In this document: piece after piece, positions 50,874-60,153 of the stretch
Position numbering within the stretch: the first letter of the stretch is position 1
How the letters are laid out: every line of letters starts with the position of its first letter
Notes under the pieces: model-generated
What the model was told of the DNA's origin: nothing
The model's input: only the letters and a program-made list of their open reading frames with translations
Database searches by the model: none
Origin: a virus
Length of the DNA: 64,000 nt
Direction: 5' to 3' (one strand)
IMG/VR virus record: IMGVR_UViG_3300043420_001819
Location: 19,428 to 83,427 of that record
Made by a program: the position numbers and the translations under genes

Positions 50874-51315
50874 AGATTGGTATGAGATTAATCCATTTAA
50901 AGAAAAATTAGATGAATTAAACTTAACAGAAAAAGAAAAGAAGATATTAACACCAGTAATTATTAACAGTAGTTTTTTTATTACCTTTAAACCATACTAC
51001 GATGAGCATGTAATGAAAACAAAAAGACATTTTGTTCCTGAATATGCTCAGAGACAGTTTTCATTATTTTTTAAGAAACGATATTTAACTGCAATAACTT
51101 TTTATCATTTAGAAAAAGAGTTAAATTACCTTAAAGAATCTGTGCCTGCTTGTGCATCTGTACTTAATACAATTAAAGTTTATCCTGAATATATTGAACT
51201 ACTTAACCAAGAAATGAAGTTTTTTGAAAAAGACTGTAGTATTGCCTATGATGAGAAAGTTAAAATATTAAATAATGGGAAGTTAATCGGATGGAAGTTC
51301 AAAGAACAAAGGTAA
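50863..51315 (+). CDS. Hypothetical protein
   Basis: ORF with SD (AAGGA), coupled to terminase. Confidence 0.6.
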   Translation: MDFKDWYEINPFKEKLDELNLTEKEKKILTPVIINSSFFITFKPYYDEHVMKTKRHFVPEYAQRQFSLFFKKRYLTAITFYHLEKELNYLKESVPACASVLNTIKVYPEYIELLNQEMKFFEKDCSIAYDEKVKILNNGKLIGWKFKEQR

Positions 51316-51560
51316 ACTTAACGGATACTCAAAAGGCTTTTATTAGAGAAAATTACTTATACTTATCAGATAAAGCTCTTGCTGAGATACTAAACGTAAC
51401 TAATGAATCAGCTATGCGTAAAATCCGGTCTAGGATGGGTTTAAAAAGAAATAAACAAAGCGTAAAAGAGTTTATTAAAGAGGTTCCTCTTGTTATCTGG
51501 GTTCAAAGAGAGCTATACGATAAAGAAGAGTTCAATAATTTAGTAAAAATTGGAATATAA
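51291..51560 (+). CDS. Small HTH-like protein
   Basis: FIRENY..LSD..LA..L....R..R...GLKR. Confidence 0.5.
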   Translation: MEVQRTKVNLTDTQKAFIRENYLYLSDKALAEILNVTNESAMRKIRSRMGLKRNKQSVKEFIKEVPLVIWVQRELYDKEEFNNLVKIGI

Positions 51561-51562
51561 GC

Positions 51563-51591
51563 TTGACTTTTAGCTCTAATTTTAATATAAT
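51563..51591 (+). promoter_or_regulatory. sigma70 promoter
   Basis: TTGACT-17bp-TATAAT. Confidence 0.7.
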
Positions 51592-51617
51592 ATTAAATTA
51601 AACTTAAAGGAGAAATA

Positions 51618-52139
51618 ATGTTACTAAACATTTTAATGGATAATCAGCTTCTAGATGTTATTGTTCTAGAAAAATTTGTAGAAATTAGAGATTGGAATAA
51701 GCAAAGAGGTACACTAGATAAGCTAGACTGGGGTCTAGAAGCTAGAATGTTAGACGAAGAATATAAAGAATTTTTTGATTCAGACGAATTAGTAGCTAAA
51801 TTTGATGCATTGTGTGATTTTGGTTTTGTACTTGGTGGTACTTTTGCTAAATGGGTACAACATCCAGATGATTCTGATGATGCTAATACTTTTATGCGAA
51901 AACAAGCAGGTCGTTTTGTTGACTTGTATATACTTTTTTCAAAAGAACTAGGATTTGCTACTGGAAATAGAGATTATAGTCAACTTCCTGAGTATGTTAG
52001 TATGGGCTTAGATGCCGTAATTGAGGCAAATAATAAAAAAGGGTTTGAGAAAGATGCACACGGTAAAGTTATCAAACCTGATAACTTTGTTGGCCCTGAA
52101 CCTAGACTACAAGAAATTATAGAAGAGTATCGAGGTTAA
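51618..52139 (+). CDS. MazG/PRA-PH-like nucleoside triphosphate pyrophosphohydrolase
   Basis: EE..E...DALCD, V..AN..K, GKVIKP..F..PE. Confidence 0.8.
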   Translation: MLLNILMDNQLLDVIVLEKFVEIRDWNKQRGTLDKLDWGLEARMLDEEYKEFFDSDELVAKFDALCDFGFVLGGTFAKWVQHPDDSDDANTFMRKQAGRFVDLYILFSKELGFATGNRDYSQLPEYVSMGLDAVIEANNKKGFEKDAHGKVIKPDNFVGPEPRLQEIIEEYRG

Positions 52140-52140
52140 C

Positions 52141-52383
52141 ATGCAAAGAGAGCTAGAGTGTACAGAAGTAATAAGTATAATTAGAAGATACTTTGATGGA
52201 GAATCACAACTGTCTCTAGCCTCTGAATATGGTGTTAGTGAGAAAGCTATTTATAATGTTATTAGACTAGTAACGTATAAAGAATGCTCACTTTCCTTTA
52301 TTAAATCTATGTACGGCTCTACTGTTAATTATGATATTGCTATATCTGTAAGAAAAACACAAGGTAGAGGACGTAAAATATGA
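52141..52383 (+). CDS. Small HTH DNA-binding protein
   Basis: G.SQ..LA.EYGVS...IYNVI. Confidence 0.65.
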   Translation: MQRELECTEVISIIRRYFDGESQLSLASEYGVSEKAIYNVIRLVTYKECSLSFIKSMYGSTVNYDIAISVRKTQGRGRKI

Positions 52384-52676
52384 GAAGAATGCCTAATAAA
52401 GGACAACTCGCTGACTATGTTAGTGCATTATTAAGTGATAAAACACTTTTTGCTGATTTAATTGAAAAGTATGGTAAAAAAGTAGCGTATATTTCCATTG
52501 TTGATGGAAAAGGAAATCAACTTTGTATTATTTCTAAATCTTTTAAAAGCATTGAAGATGCTGTACAGTATCTTATAGACTTAAAAGACCAAAAAGTAGA
52601 TACAACAGGTGTTGATTACGGTAGGGGAGATGCCACACTAAATTATTTCAATAAAGTATTTTATAAAAATAATTAA
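52380..52676 (+). CDS. Hypothetical protein
   Basis: ORF coupled by ATGA overlap. Confidence 0.55.
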   Translation: MRRMPNKGQLADYVSALLSDKTLFADLIEKYGKKVAYISIVDGKGNQLCIISKSFKSIEDAVQYLIDLKDQKVDTTGVDYGRGDATLNYFNKVFYKNN

Positions 52677-52690
52677 TTTAAGGAAAAATA

Positions 52691-53812
52691 ATGGAAGAAA
52701 TTCTATCCCCTAAAAAACTATGGAATCCAAACGGAGATTCTGCTCTTGATGAATCACTAATTGGTGGTAATCCAACTGGAATGCTTAATTTTAATGATAG
52801 TCGTTATAAGTGGGCAGATGGTATCTTTAAACAAATGTTAGAAAATACCTGGTTTCCTGAAGAAGTTGATACTTCAAATGAAAAAAAGTCTTATGATTCT
52901 TTATTGACTGACCAAGAAAAAAGAATGTATGATAGAGTATTCTCACAACTATCTTTTAATGATAGTTTACAGGCTGAAAACCTTGTTGATAATATCAATC
53001 AATATATTACGAATAAAGTTGTTAATGCTTGTTTAACTAGACAAGCTTTCGAGGAAGTTTTACATAGTAAATCATATGCAGTACTCTTGTCTGATGCTGT
53101 AGAAGATAATACACATATTTTTAACTTATTTAAAGAAGATTTAACTCTAAGAGCAAAAAACGAAATTATTGCTTCTAACTACAGTAAGTTTTCAAGTGGT
53201 GAAATTACTAAAGAAAAACTATTTTATGCAATGGTTGCTAACCAAATACTTGAAGGAGTTTATTTCTTATCTGGGTTCTCTGCTATTTATCACTTATCTG
53301 ATAAAATGAGAGGTAGTGCTGATATGATTGCTTTCATTCATAGAGATGAGGAAACACATTTAGCTTTATTTCAAAATATGATTAAAACATTTATTAAAGA
53401 AAACCCGGATGAGCCATACTTTATATACAGAAATACAGTTAATAAAATGTTTGATGAGGCATATCATCTAGAGGTATCTTGGATGAAGTATATTTTTGAA
53501 GATGTTTTACCAGACCATATTCTTGAAGCTACAGTAGCTTACTTTATTAAAAAAAGAGCTAGAGCTATTGGTATGTATGATGAGGAAGAAGATAGATATT
53601 CTCATGGAGTTAAGACAACTCTTGTTAAAAAACTAGAGTCTTTCGGTAATTTTAATGATACTAGAACTAACTTCTTTGAAGGAAATGTTAAAAACTATTC
53701 TAAAGGAAGCCTAGTATTTGATGAAGACTGGGCAGACTATGATTTAAATACAGCCTTTGAAAGAACATACACTAAAAAAGAGCCTAAAGGTCAACTTGAA
53801 TTTGATTTTTAA
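52691..53812 (+). CDS. nrdB: Ribonucleotide reductase class I beta subunit
   Basis: Di-metal ligands D(SLQ), EE..H, radical Tyr in HSKSY, LEG..F, DE..H; NFFE...NY. Confidence 0.93.
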   Translation: MEEILSPKKLWNPNGDSALDESLIGGNPTGMLNFNDSRYKWADGIFKQMLENTWFPEEVDTSNEKKSYDSLLTDQEKRMYDRVFSQLSFNDSLQAENLVDNINQYITNKVVNACLTRQAFEEVLHSKSYAVLLSDAVEDNTHIFNLFKEDLTLRAKNEIIASNYSKFSSGEITKEKLFYAMVANQILEGVYFLSGFSAIYHLSDKMRGSADMIAFIHRDEETHLALFQNMIKTFIKENPDEPYFIYRNTVNKMFDEAYHLEVSWMKYIFEDVLPDHILEATVAYFIKKRARAIGMYDEEEDRYSHGVKTTLVKKLESFGNFNDTRTNFFEGNVKNYSKGSLVFDEDWADYDLNTAFERTYTKKEPKGQLEFDF

Positions 53813-53835
53813 GCTACACAAAATAAAAAACTACA

Positions 53836-53853
53836 ACAGCACTCTCGTGCTGT
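53836..53853 (+). terminator. Hairpin terminator after nrdB
   Basis: ACAGCAC-TCTC-GTGCTGT then T-rich. Confidence 0.6.
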
Positions 53854-53923
53854 AGTTATTTTTAAGTTTTATTTAAGCTATCTCATATTATAATCTTCTT
53901 TATATAACAAGAAAGGAAATAAT

Positions 53924-54247
53924 ATGTTAAAATTCGACCAATTCGGAATAGAAAAAATAGACTCAAGGAACTTTGGAGTTTTCACAATAAGTGACAAACT
54001 AGACGTTAATGGAAACCCAATAAAGAAAAATATATACTACTATAGTACTTTAGAAAAAGCTTTAAATAAAGTAAGAAATCTATATGCTAATAGTAAATAC
54101 TCTAATCGTGTACAATCAGTAGACTCTGCAATAACAAAAATTAAGGAGGCTGATAACGAGTTTATTACATTCTTATCAAAACTAAATGTAAAAACATTAC
54201 AAAAAGCATTTCCTGAAAAGGAAATTATTAGTAAAGATGTAGCTTGA
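53924..54247 (+). CDS. Hypothetical protein
   Basis: SD AAAGGA and TTAAG/TATAAT promoter upstream. Confidence 0.6.
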   Translation: MLKFDQFGIEKIDSRNFGVFTISDKLDVNGNPIKKNIYYYSTLEKALNKVRNLYANSKYSNRVQSVDSAITKIKEADNEFITFLSKLNVKTLQKAFPEKEIISKDVA

Positions 54248-54495
54248 TTTCAAAATTAGGTGTTATTTGTAATAATTGTTTCTCAATTGCCTTAAATGGA
54301 GCATGTGAGTGTGGTAAGGTTGCCTCAAAAGAGGACACCCTATACAATGCCCTTCGTGTCTACTCAAATAGCCCTAAAGACTGCGTACTAACTAAAGTTT
54401 GGTTAAATGATGCAGGTGTTATTTATTTTATAACAAAGTATAAAGATTTAACTATTGCAAGATTTTTACCAGTTAATATTATAAATGAGGAATAA
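54244..54495 (+). CDS. Hypothetical Cys-rich protein
   Basis: CNNC...CECG. Confidence 0.5.
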   Translation: MISKLGVICNNCFSIALNGACECGKVASKEDTLYNALRVYSNSPKDCVLTKVWLNDAGVIYFITKYKDLTIARFLPVNIINEE

Positions 54496-54497
54496 CT

Positions 54498-54767
54498 ATG
54501 GATTTTACTCCAATGAATAAATTTTTTCTGATAAAACCAGAAAAAGAAGAAAAAACTACAAGTTCAGGTATTATACTTACTGAGAATAAAAATGAGCTAC
54601 CTTCAACAGGTATTGTTATTAAATGTCCTAAAAATACTAATGAACCATCTCCTAGTGAAGGGGACTTAGTATTCTTTGGTAAGTATTCTGGTTCAATACT
54701 AGAGTATGAGGGAATTACATACAATATTATTGAAGAAAAGGACCTTTATGGATTTTCTAAAAAGTAG
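54498..54767 (+). CDS. groES: Co-chaperonin GroES-like
   Basis: P.N....P..EEKTTSSGIIL mobile loop, GD.V.FGKYSG. Confidence 0.9.
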   Translation: MDFTPMNKFFLIKPEKEEKTTSSGIILTENKNELPSTGIVIKCPKNTNEPSPSEGDLVFFGKYSGSILEYEGITYNIIEEKDLYGFSKK

Positions 54768-55191
54768 AGCAAATAAATTTCATAGTACCCATATGGAAGT
54801 AGCACACACTTATGGAAAACTTTCACGTTGTAATAGACGACAAGTAGGAGCTCTTTTAGTTTCTGCTGATAATAGACCATTATTATCTGGGTATAATGGA
54901 ACATCCCCCAATAGACCTAATGCTTGTGAGGATAAAGAAGGTAAAACTGTCCAACTAGTACACCATGCAGAGGCTAATTTAATTGGAAATGCTGCTAAAA
55001 AAGGCATTAGTACTGATAAATGTATAATGTATGTAACGACTTCTCCTTGTATAGACTGTGCAAAACTAATAGAAATTTCAGGTATATCAAAAGTTTTTTA
55101 TGAAGAAGACTATCACAATGAGGATGGTATAGCTTATTTAAAGCAAGCAGGTATTTATATAGCACAAATAAAAAGGGAAAATAATGAGTAA
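54748..55191 (+). CDS. dCMP deaminase (start probably 54748)
   Basis: C.RRQVGA, GYNG, HAE.N, PCIDC. Confidence 0.92.
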   Translation: MDFLKSRANKFHSTHMEVAHTYGKLSRCNRRQVGALLVSADNRPLLSGYNGTSPNRPNACEDKEGKTVQLVHHAEANLIGNAAKKGISTDKCIMYVTTSPCIDCAKLIEISGISKVFYEEDYHNEDGIAYLKQAGIYIAQIKRENNE

Positions 55192-56485
55192 TGCTGTAGA
55201 AGTTCTATTTAAAATTAAAAATCAGGAAGGAAATATTGAAAAAGCTAATATTTTAGCTAAGCATAAAGACGATGTAACAGTTAAGATGCTTTTAAATTTA
55301 GCTTATAACCCTTATTTTACCTATGGAATTAAAAAATTAATACGACCTCTAGTAAAATTTGCTCCTGCTGGGTCTGACCCAAAAATTATTGAGTTTATGC
55401 GTGTCTGTAATACTCTTAATACAGAAAGTACTACTAATGAGCACCTTGAGTTAGTACAAAACTTCCTTGAAAGTGTAGATTTAGTAACTCAACAGATATA
55501 TCAAGGCATTATTACTAAATCTTTGTCTATTGGAATGGCTGCAAAGAGTATTAATAAGGTTATTCCAAACTTAATACCTATATTTGAATGTATGTTAGCA
55601 GATGCTGTTGACCTTGAAACACTAGAATACCCTGTATTATTACAAGAAAAAATGGATGGTGTTAGGTGTATAATCATTAAAAAAGACGGTAATACAACTC
55701 TTTTTACTAGACAAGGTAACGAAATACCGTCTAAACGCATAAAAGAAGCAATAGATGCTCTAACATACACTGATTTTGTACTAGATGGTGAGCTTTTACT
55801 AAAAGGAAAACTTAGAAAATCAACTTCTGGAAAGATTAATAGCCTTATGAAGTCAGGATATAACAAAGAAATAGATGATAATCTAGAATATTATATTTTT
55901 GATTATCTTACCTTAGAAGAGTGGGTAGCAAATAATAGTCTTATCTCCTGTTTTAACCGTACAACAGAAGTACTTGGCTTTATAGAAGTTCTTGGAGAAC
56001 CATTTAATGCCCCTAAAACTACTTATGCTTATGCTGAGGAAGATTTATATAAATTCTATAAAGAAATTAGAGAACAAAATGGTGAGGGAATTATTATAAA
56101 AACAGACTCACCTTATGTATGGAAACGTACTAAAGCGTGGGGAAAACTAAAAGCAATATGTTCTGCTACCCTAGAAATAGTTGGTACTACTGACGGTGTT
56201 GGAAAAAACCTAGGAAAAGTAGGTTCTGTTACTTGTAAAAGTAGTGATGGACTATTAGTAGTAAATGTTAATCCAAGAAGCGATGATGACCGTAACTGGT
56301 TTACAGAAAATAGGAACAGAGTTGCTGGATTAAAGGCAGAGGTTCTCTTTAATGAGATAATTACAAATGATACTGATGATAAATTCAGTCTATTCCTACC
56401 TAGGTTTGCAGAATCATGGAGTAGATTTGATAAATCATCAGCAGACTCATTAGAAAAAATTAAAAAGGAATCAAACAATGGCTAG
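55184..56485 (+). CDS. ATP-dependent DNA ligase
   Basis: EKMDGVR, LDGEL, EGIIIK, W.KLK, LFLPRF. Confidence 0.93.
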   Translation: MSNAVEVLFKIKNQEGNIEKANILAKHKDDVTVKMLLNLAYNPYFTYGIKKLIRPLVKFAPAGSDPKIIEFMRVCNTLNTESTTNEHLELVQNFLESVDLVTQQIYQGIITKSLSIGMAAKSINKVIPNLIPIFECMLADAVDLETLEYPVLLQEKMDGVRCIIIKKDGNTTLFTRQGNEIPSKRIKEAIDALTYTDFVLDGELLLKGKLRKSTSGKINSLMKSGYNKEIDDNLEYYIFDYLTLEEWVANNSLISCFNRTTEVLGFIEVLGEPFNAPKTTYAYAEEDLYKFYKEIREQNGEGIIIKTDSPYVWKRTKAWGKLKAICSATLEIVGTTDGVGKNLGKVGSVTCKSSDGLLVVNVNPRSDDDRNWFTENRNRVAGLKAEVLFNEIITNDTDDKFSLFLPRFAESWSRFDKSSADSLEKIKKESNNG

Positions 56486-56837
56486 ACCAGTAAAAATAGA
56501 CCCAGAGTTAAAACAAAAATTAGAGCCTTTCTACGTACAACACGGAGAAAATAAAATAGAAATTAAAGAGGTAGTTCTTGAAAAATCTGAAGTACATCCT
56601 GCAATTGTATTTGCCGCTGAGTTTCTAAGAAAAAACTTAACAGCTGACGTTGTTAATTTAATTGCAGAGCGTGCAGTAACTGAAGGAGATGACAAAAAAG
56701 TATATAAATTAGCTTTAAGTACTATTACTCGTATGCAAAAACAAATGCAGGTATCTGATAAATATATTATGGGTCTTGCCCTAACTATTTATGACGTACT
56801 TTACAAACTTCAAGAAGAATTACCTAAAAATGATTGA
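56478..56837 (+). CDS. Hypothetical protein
   Basis: SD AAGGA, coupled to ligase. Confidence 0.6.
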   Translation: MARPVKIDPELKQKLEPFYVQHGENKIEIKEVVLEKSEVHPAIVFAAEFLRKNLTADVVNLIAERAVTEGDDKKVYKLALSTITRMQKQMQVSDKYIMGLALTIYDVLYKLQEELPKND

Positions 56838-56862
56838 CATTTAAGGTAAAATATTGTATAAT
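56834..56862 (+). promoter_or_regulatory. Consensus sigma70 promoter
   Basis: TTGACA-17bp-TATAAT. Confidence 0.85.
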
Positions 56863-56868
56863 ATCTTG

Positions 56869-57019
56869 TGTAAGTAATTACACCGTCTAGAGAAGCGTTA
56901 TTTTCTCTCATAATTCTTTGTTTTCACTCTTTGAAAACTTTCCTTTCTATTGTTTTGTAGGGTTTTTATTTTTGCCTTACGTCTTGTCAAGAGGTTTGTT
57001 CGTCCCTCTTGACTTTTTT
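56869..57019 (+). ncRNA. Candidate ~150-nt U-rich small RNA
   Basis: Lies between a consensus promoter and a terminator; no convincing plus-strand ORF. Confidence 0.5.
56986..57019 (+). terminator. Intrinsic terminator
   Basis: GTCAAGAGG...CCTCTTGAC 9-bp stem plus T6. Confidence 0.85.
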
Positions 57020-57065
57020 AATCATTTATGTTATTATTGTTTTTTTGTATTATAAAGGAAGAGTA

Positions 57066-57257
57066 ATGATAAGTTATAAAGATAAAATATGGTGTTCTGA
57101 CGCTGTTTACTGTAAAAACAATGATTGTGAACTAAGATTAACAGATGAAGAGCACAATTTAGCAGTAAAATGGTGGAAAAACCAGAATTATCCTGCAATA
57201 TTCTCTTCTTTTAGGGATACTTGTGAACAATTTATAGAAATAAAGGATAAAAAATGA
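57066..57257 (+). CDS. Small Cys-containing protein (start revised to 57066)
   Basis: SD AAAGGAA before ATG 57066. Confidence 0.6.
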   Translation: MISYKDKIWCSDAVYCKNNDCELRLTDEEHNLAVKWWKNQNYPAIFSSFRDTCEQFIEIKDKK

Positions 57258-57439
57258 GTTTAACTTACAAAATTATAGTACTTTTTTTAGTATTTTTACT
57301 GGCTATTTCAATTTCATTTGGGCTTACTAGTGTATTAGTTTGGCTTTTATGTTGGGCTTTTGGGTATGAATTTTCTTTTAAATTAGCAGTAGGAGCTTGG
57401 ATTATTTTTCTTTTGTTAAAATACTTATTAAAAAAGTAG
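57254..57439 (+). CDS. Small membrane protein
   Basis: Two hydrophobic helices. Confidence 0.6.
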   Translation: MSLTYKIIVLFLVFLLAISISFGLTSVLVWLLCWAFGYEFSFKLAVGAWIIFLLLKYLLKK

Positions 57440-57498
57440 TTTTTATTTTATATAAAAGATAAAATATTTTATATAATGTATTAAATAAAGGATTAACA

Positions 57499-57714
57499 AT
57501 GAAATTTAAACTTGAAGATGAAGAATCAGTGTATGAGAAGGATATTAGTGACCTTGACGCAACTGATTTCATTCTAGATATTATTAGAATTATGAGATTA
57601 ACTGGGTATCATGACGTATCAATATGGAGAGCATTGAAAAACAACACTGAACATATAGAAGAATACTTAGATTCAATAACTCAAAGTAAAGATGAATGGA
57701 GTAAAGATGAATGA
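57499..57714 (+). CDS. Hypothetical protein
   Basis: SD AAAGGA. Confidence 0.6.
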   Translation: MKFKLEDEESVYEKDISDLDATDFILDIIRIMRLTGYHDVSIWRALKNNTEHIEEYLDSITQSKDEWSKDE

Positions 57715-58027
57715 GCATGTACCTGATAGATGGGTTGTACTAAAGATAGTAAATGAGTTTGATACTTTCTATAAAGTATTTGCCACTTGGTTTGGTGGAT
57801 ACCTTGATGGTGATAGCTGGAGAGCTAACTCTGGTATCACTAAAATAGAAGAAGACGGGGATTACTGGTTATTTTATGGTAACTCTGGTAGTGTTTATAG
57901 ATGTCATAAAGAAGGTTTTGGCACAAGCGGGTATACCTATAGAATATTAACTAGTTTTATGAAACAAGCAGCAGACTCTGGCCAAAGTATCGATATAGTT
58001 GAGAATATTAGTGGAACTTTACTGTAA
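57707..58027 (+). CDS. Phage hypothetical protein (start probably 57707)
   Basis: PD.WV, W.GGYL.GDSWR.NSGI, G.SGS.Y.C.K pattern seen in large phages. Confidence 0.65.
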   Translation: MNEHVPDRWVVLKIVNEFDTFYKVFATWFGGYLDGDSWRANSGITKIEEDGDYWLFYGNSGSVYRCHKEGFGTSGYTYRILTSFMKQAADSGQSIDIVENISGTLL

Positions 58028-58053
58028 GGTTATTTTATAATAAAGGAAGTAGA

Positions 58054-58950
58054 ATGAAAGTTGATTATATATCTGACTTACACTTAGATTTTTGGATTAA
58101 GGAGTTAAACCCTACTAACCAAAAACACCATGCCAGAGTAGAAACTTTTGTCAAAGAACTCTACAATCCTTTTCATGAAGTAGGTGATGTATTAATAATT
58201 GCTGGGGATTTAGGACACTATTTTCCTATGGACTCTGAATTTTTACTAGAAATTAAAAAATTGTATAAACATATAATTTTAGTAACTGGAAATCATGATT
58301 TATATTTGATTAGTTCTAAGCAACAAAATAAATATATGTTTAATTCTAACAATAGAATTCTAGAAATGAAAAAGTTTTGTAGAGAAAACGAAGGATTCCA
58401 CTACCTTGATGGCCATATCATTAATATTGATGGGCATAATTTTGCAGGAACTGGTATGTCTTGGGATACTTCTTACTTAAATTTCTTAGAAAAAAATAAT
58501 GAAGTAAAAAGTACTAAAGATTCAGTACTACAAATGTTTAATAATACCATGAATGATTCAAGGTTAATATTTGGTGGGTATGATAATGGGTATGTTAGTA
58601 TTGGGTATAGGAGAGAATATCGTCAATCTTGGTGTCCTTTTAAATATTTTGATGAACAATACGCTAAATTACAGAATTTTGGGGAGTATGACATGATTGA
58701 TGTTATGGTAACTCATTATTCTCCAGTAGTACCCCCGAATATAGACCCTAGATGGGAAAAAGAACAAACTAGTACCTTTTATTACTTTGATGGAATAGAG
58801 GATATTAAAAGAATTAATCCAAAATACTGGATATTTGGGCATACCCATACAGAATATGAGTTTGAAGTACTTAATACTAAGTTTCTTTGTAATCCATTAG
58901 GGTATCCCGGTGAATTTAATAATATTGCCATAAAAAGTTTTATATTATAA
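58054..58950 (+). CDS. Calcineurin-like metallophosphoesterase
   Basis: SDLH, AGD, GNHD, TH, GHTH, NP.GY. Confidence 0.9.
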   Translation: MKVDYISDLHLDFWIKELNPTNQKHHARVETFVKELYNPFHEVGDVLIIAGDLGHYFPMDSEFLLEIKKLYKHIILVTGNHDLYLISSKQQNKYMFNSNNRILEMKKFCRENEGFHYLDGHIINIDGHNFAGTGMSWDTSYLNFLEKNNEVKSTKDSVLQMFNNTMNDSRLIFGGYDNGYVSIGYRREYRQSWCPFKYFDEQYAKLQNFGEYDMIDVMVTHYSPVVPPNIDPRWEKEQTSTFYYFDGIEDIKRINPKYWIFGHTHTEYEFEVLNTKFLCNPLGYPGEFNNIAIKSFIL

Positions 58951-58959
58951 GGTAAGTAG

Positions 58960-59091
58960 ATGTATAAGTACATAATTATATGTTTTTTACTATTAAATGG
59001 ATGTGGTAGACCTATTTTTAGTGTAATAGACCCAGACTGGATAGGTGGTTGTACCTGTTTAGAGCCAGTAAACCACAAAAATAAGGATTGA
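58960..59091 (+). CDS. Unannotated 43-aa lipoprotein
   Basis: MYKYIIICFLLLNG-C lipobox, mature part with CxC. Confidence 0.55.
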   Translation: MYKYIIICFLLLNGCGRPIFSVIDPDWIGGCTCLEPVNHKNKD

Positions 59092-59226
59092 AATGGATTA
59101 TTTTGATAAAATATTAGGTATTGTGTTCCTAATTGTAACATCATTTACACTTTTATCTGTTTTTATACACTACTACTATATATAATATGTTATAATAAGA
59201 TTATCTATAACAAAAAAGGAATAAAA

Positions 59227-59400
59227 ATGAAAATAACTTTTGATGAAAAAGACCTATTTAGAGAGTTTGAGTTTTACAAGGACCAAGTTGCCCCATTAGA
59301 AACAGAAATTGTTAAAATTAATTTTTTAAATGAGGGAAAAATCGTTAAAGTTACTGAATTAGAAGTAATTTTTGGAAAGAAAAAGAAAGAAAAGCAGTAA
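59227..59400 (+). CDS. Small hypothetical protein (57 aa)
   Basis: SD AAAGGA, ATG 59227. Confidence 0.55.
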   Translation: MKITFDEKDLFREFEFYKDQVAPLETEIVKINFLNEGKIVKVTELEVIFGKKKKEKQ

Positions 59401-59573
59401 TGAGTGAAATTATTACTGCAAGTTGTGTTGATATTCCTGTAAATGAGGAATTTATTAGTAAATTACTGGAGTTTTATAGGGGAGAAGAGTCATCTTTTAC
59501 TTATTTAACTAATTCAAGATGTGATTCTATTTATATCGTTGTAAATTTCATATTGGAGGGTAAAAATGACTAA
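59400..59573 (+). CDS. Small hypothetical protein (57 aa)
   Basis: TAATG overlap with previous ORF. Confidence 0.5.
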   Translation: MSEIITASCVDIPVNEEFISKLLEFYRGEESSFTYLTNSRCDSIYIVVNFILEGKND

Positions 59574-59763
59574 ATTTTATGTTATTTTTGGTATAATTAT
59601 ACCAAGTTTATGCTTTTCATTAGAAGAGTCAAAGACCTGTGGTGCTAACTATGCTTACGATTTTGATACACATAAGTGTGAAAAGATAAAGTATAGTGTA
59701 GATTATAGTTTGAGTTGGGTATGGGAAGACTTAAATGCCTCAAAATCAACACAAAAAATCTAA
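59566..59763 (+). CDS. Small exported protein
   Basis: SD GGAGG, signal-like N-terminus, two further Cys. Confidence 0.5.
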   Translation: MTKFYVIFGIIIPSLCFSLEESKTCGANYAYDFDTHKCEKIKYSVDYSLSWVWEDLNASKSTQKI

Positions 59764-59834
59764 GCATTACGATAATATAATACATAGTTATTATACTTAT
59801 AACTAAATATTATATAACAAAAGGAAAAAACAAC

Positions 59835-60143
59835 ATGAAATTTATAATTAACAAAATTATAGTAGTATCAATGGTATTAATTGCATTTATATCAAATATG
59901 TTTGCAGATTTTAATTCAACTGAAGCAGAAACACATTTTACGCAAATGGCACATGCAATTTCACAAGCTGACCATGATATGGCAGAAAGAATGTGTGGTG
60001 TATGTTTTACTAAAATTGAAAAATATAAAATAGAGATAAATGCTGAGCCTATTCCAAATGAAATGGAGATTAAAACTCTTGAGACATATGAGGGTAGACT
60101 CCAAAAGTTTTGTAATATGAAAAATCAACCAGTAGAAAAATAA
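59835..60143 (+). CDS. Secreted/periplasmic protein with CxxC
   Basis: Signal peptide ending MFA; CGVC; preceded by ACGATAAT at 59769. Confidence 0.6.
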   Translation: MKFIINKIIVVSMVLIAFISNMFADFNSTEAETHFTQMAHAISQADHDMAERMCGVCFTKIEKYKIEINAEPIPNEMEIKTLETYEGRLQKFCNMKNQPVEK

Positions 60144-60153
60144 GGAAAATACT

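Noticed and set aside
54498-54767. GroES without GroEL as a novelty
   Set aside because: Stand-alone co-chaperonins are well known in large phages
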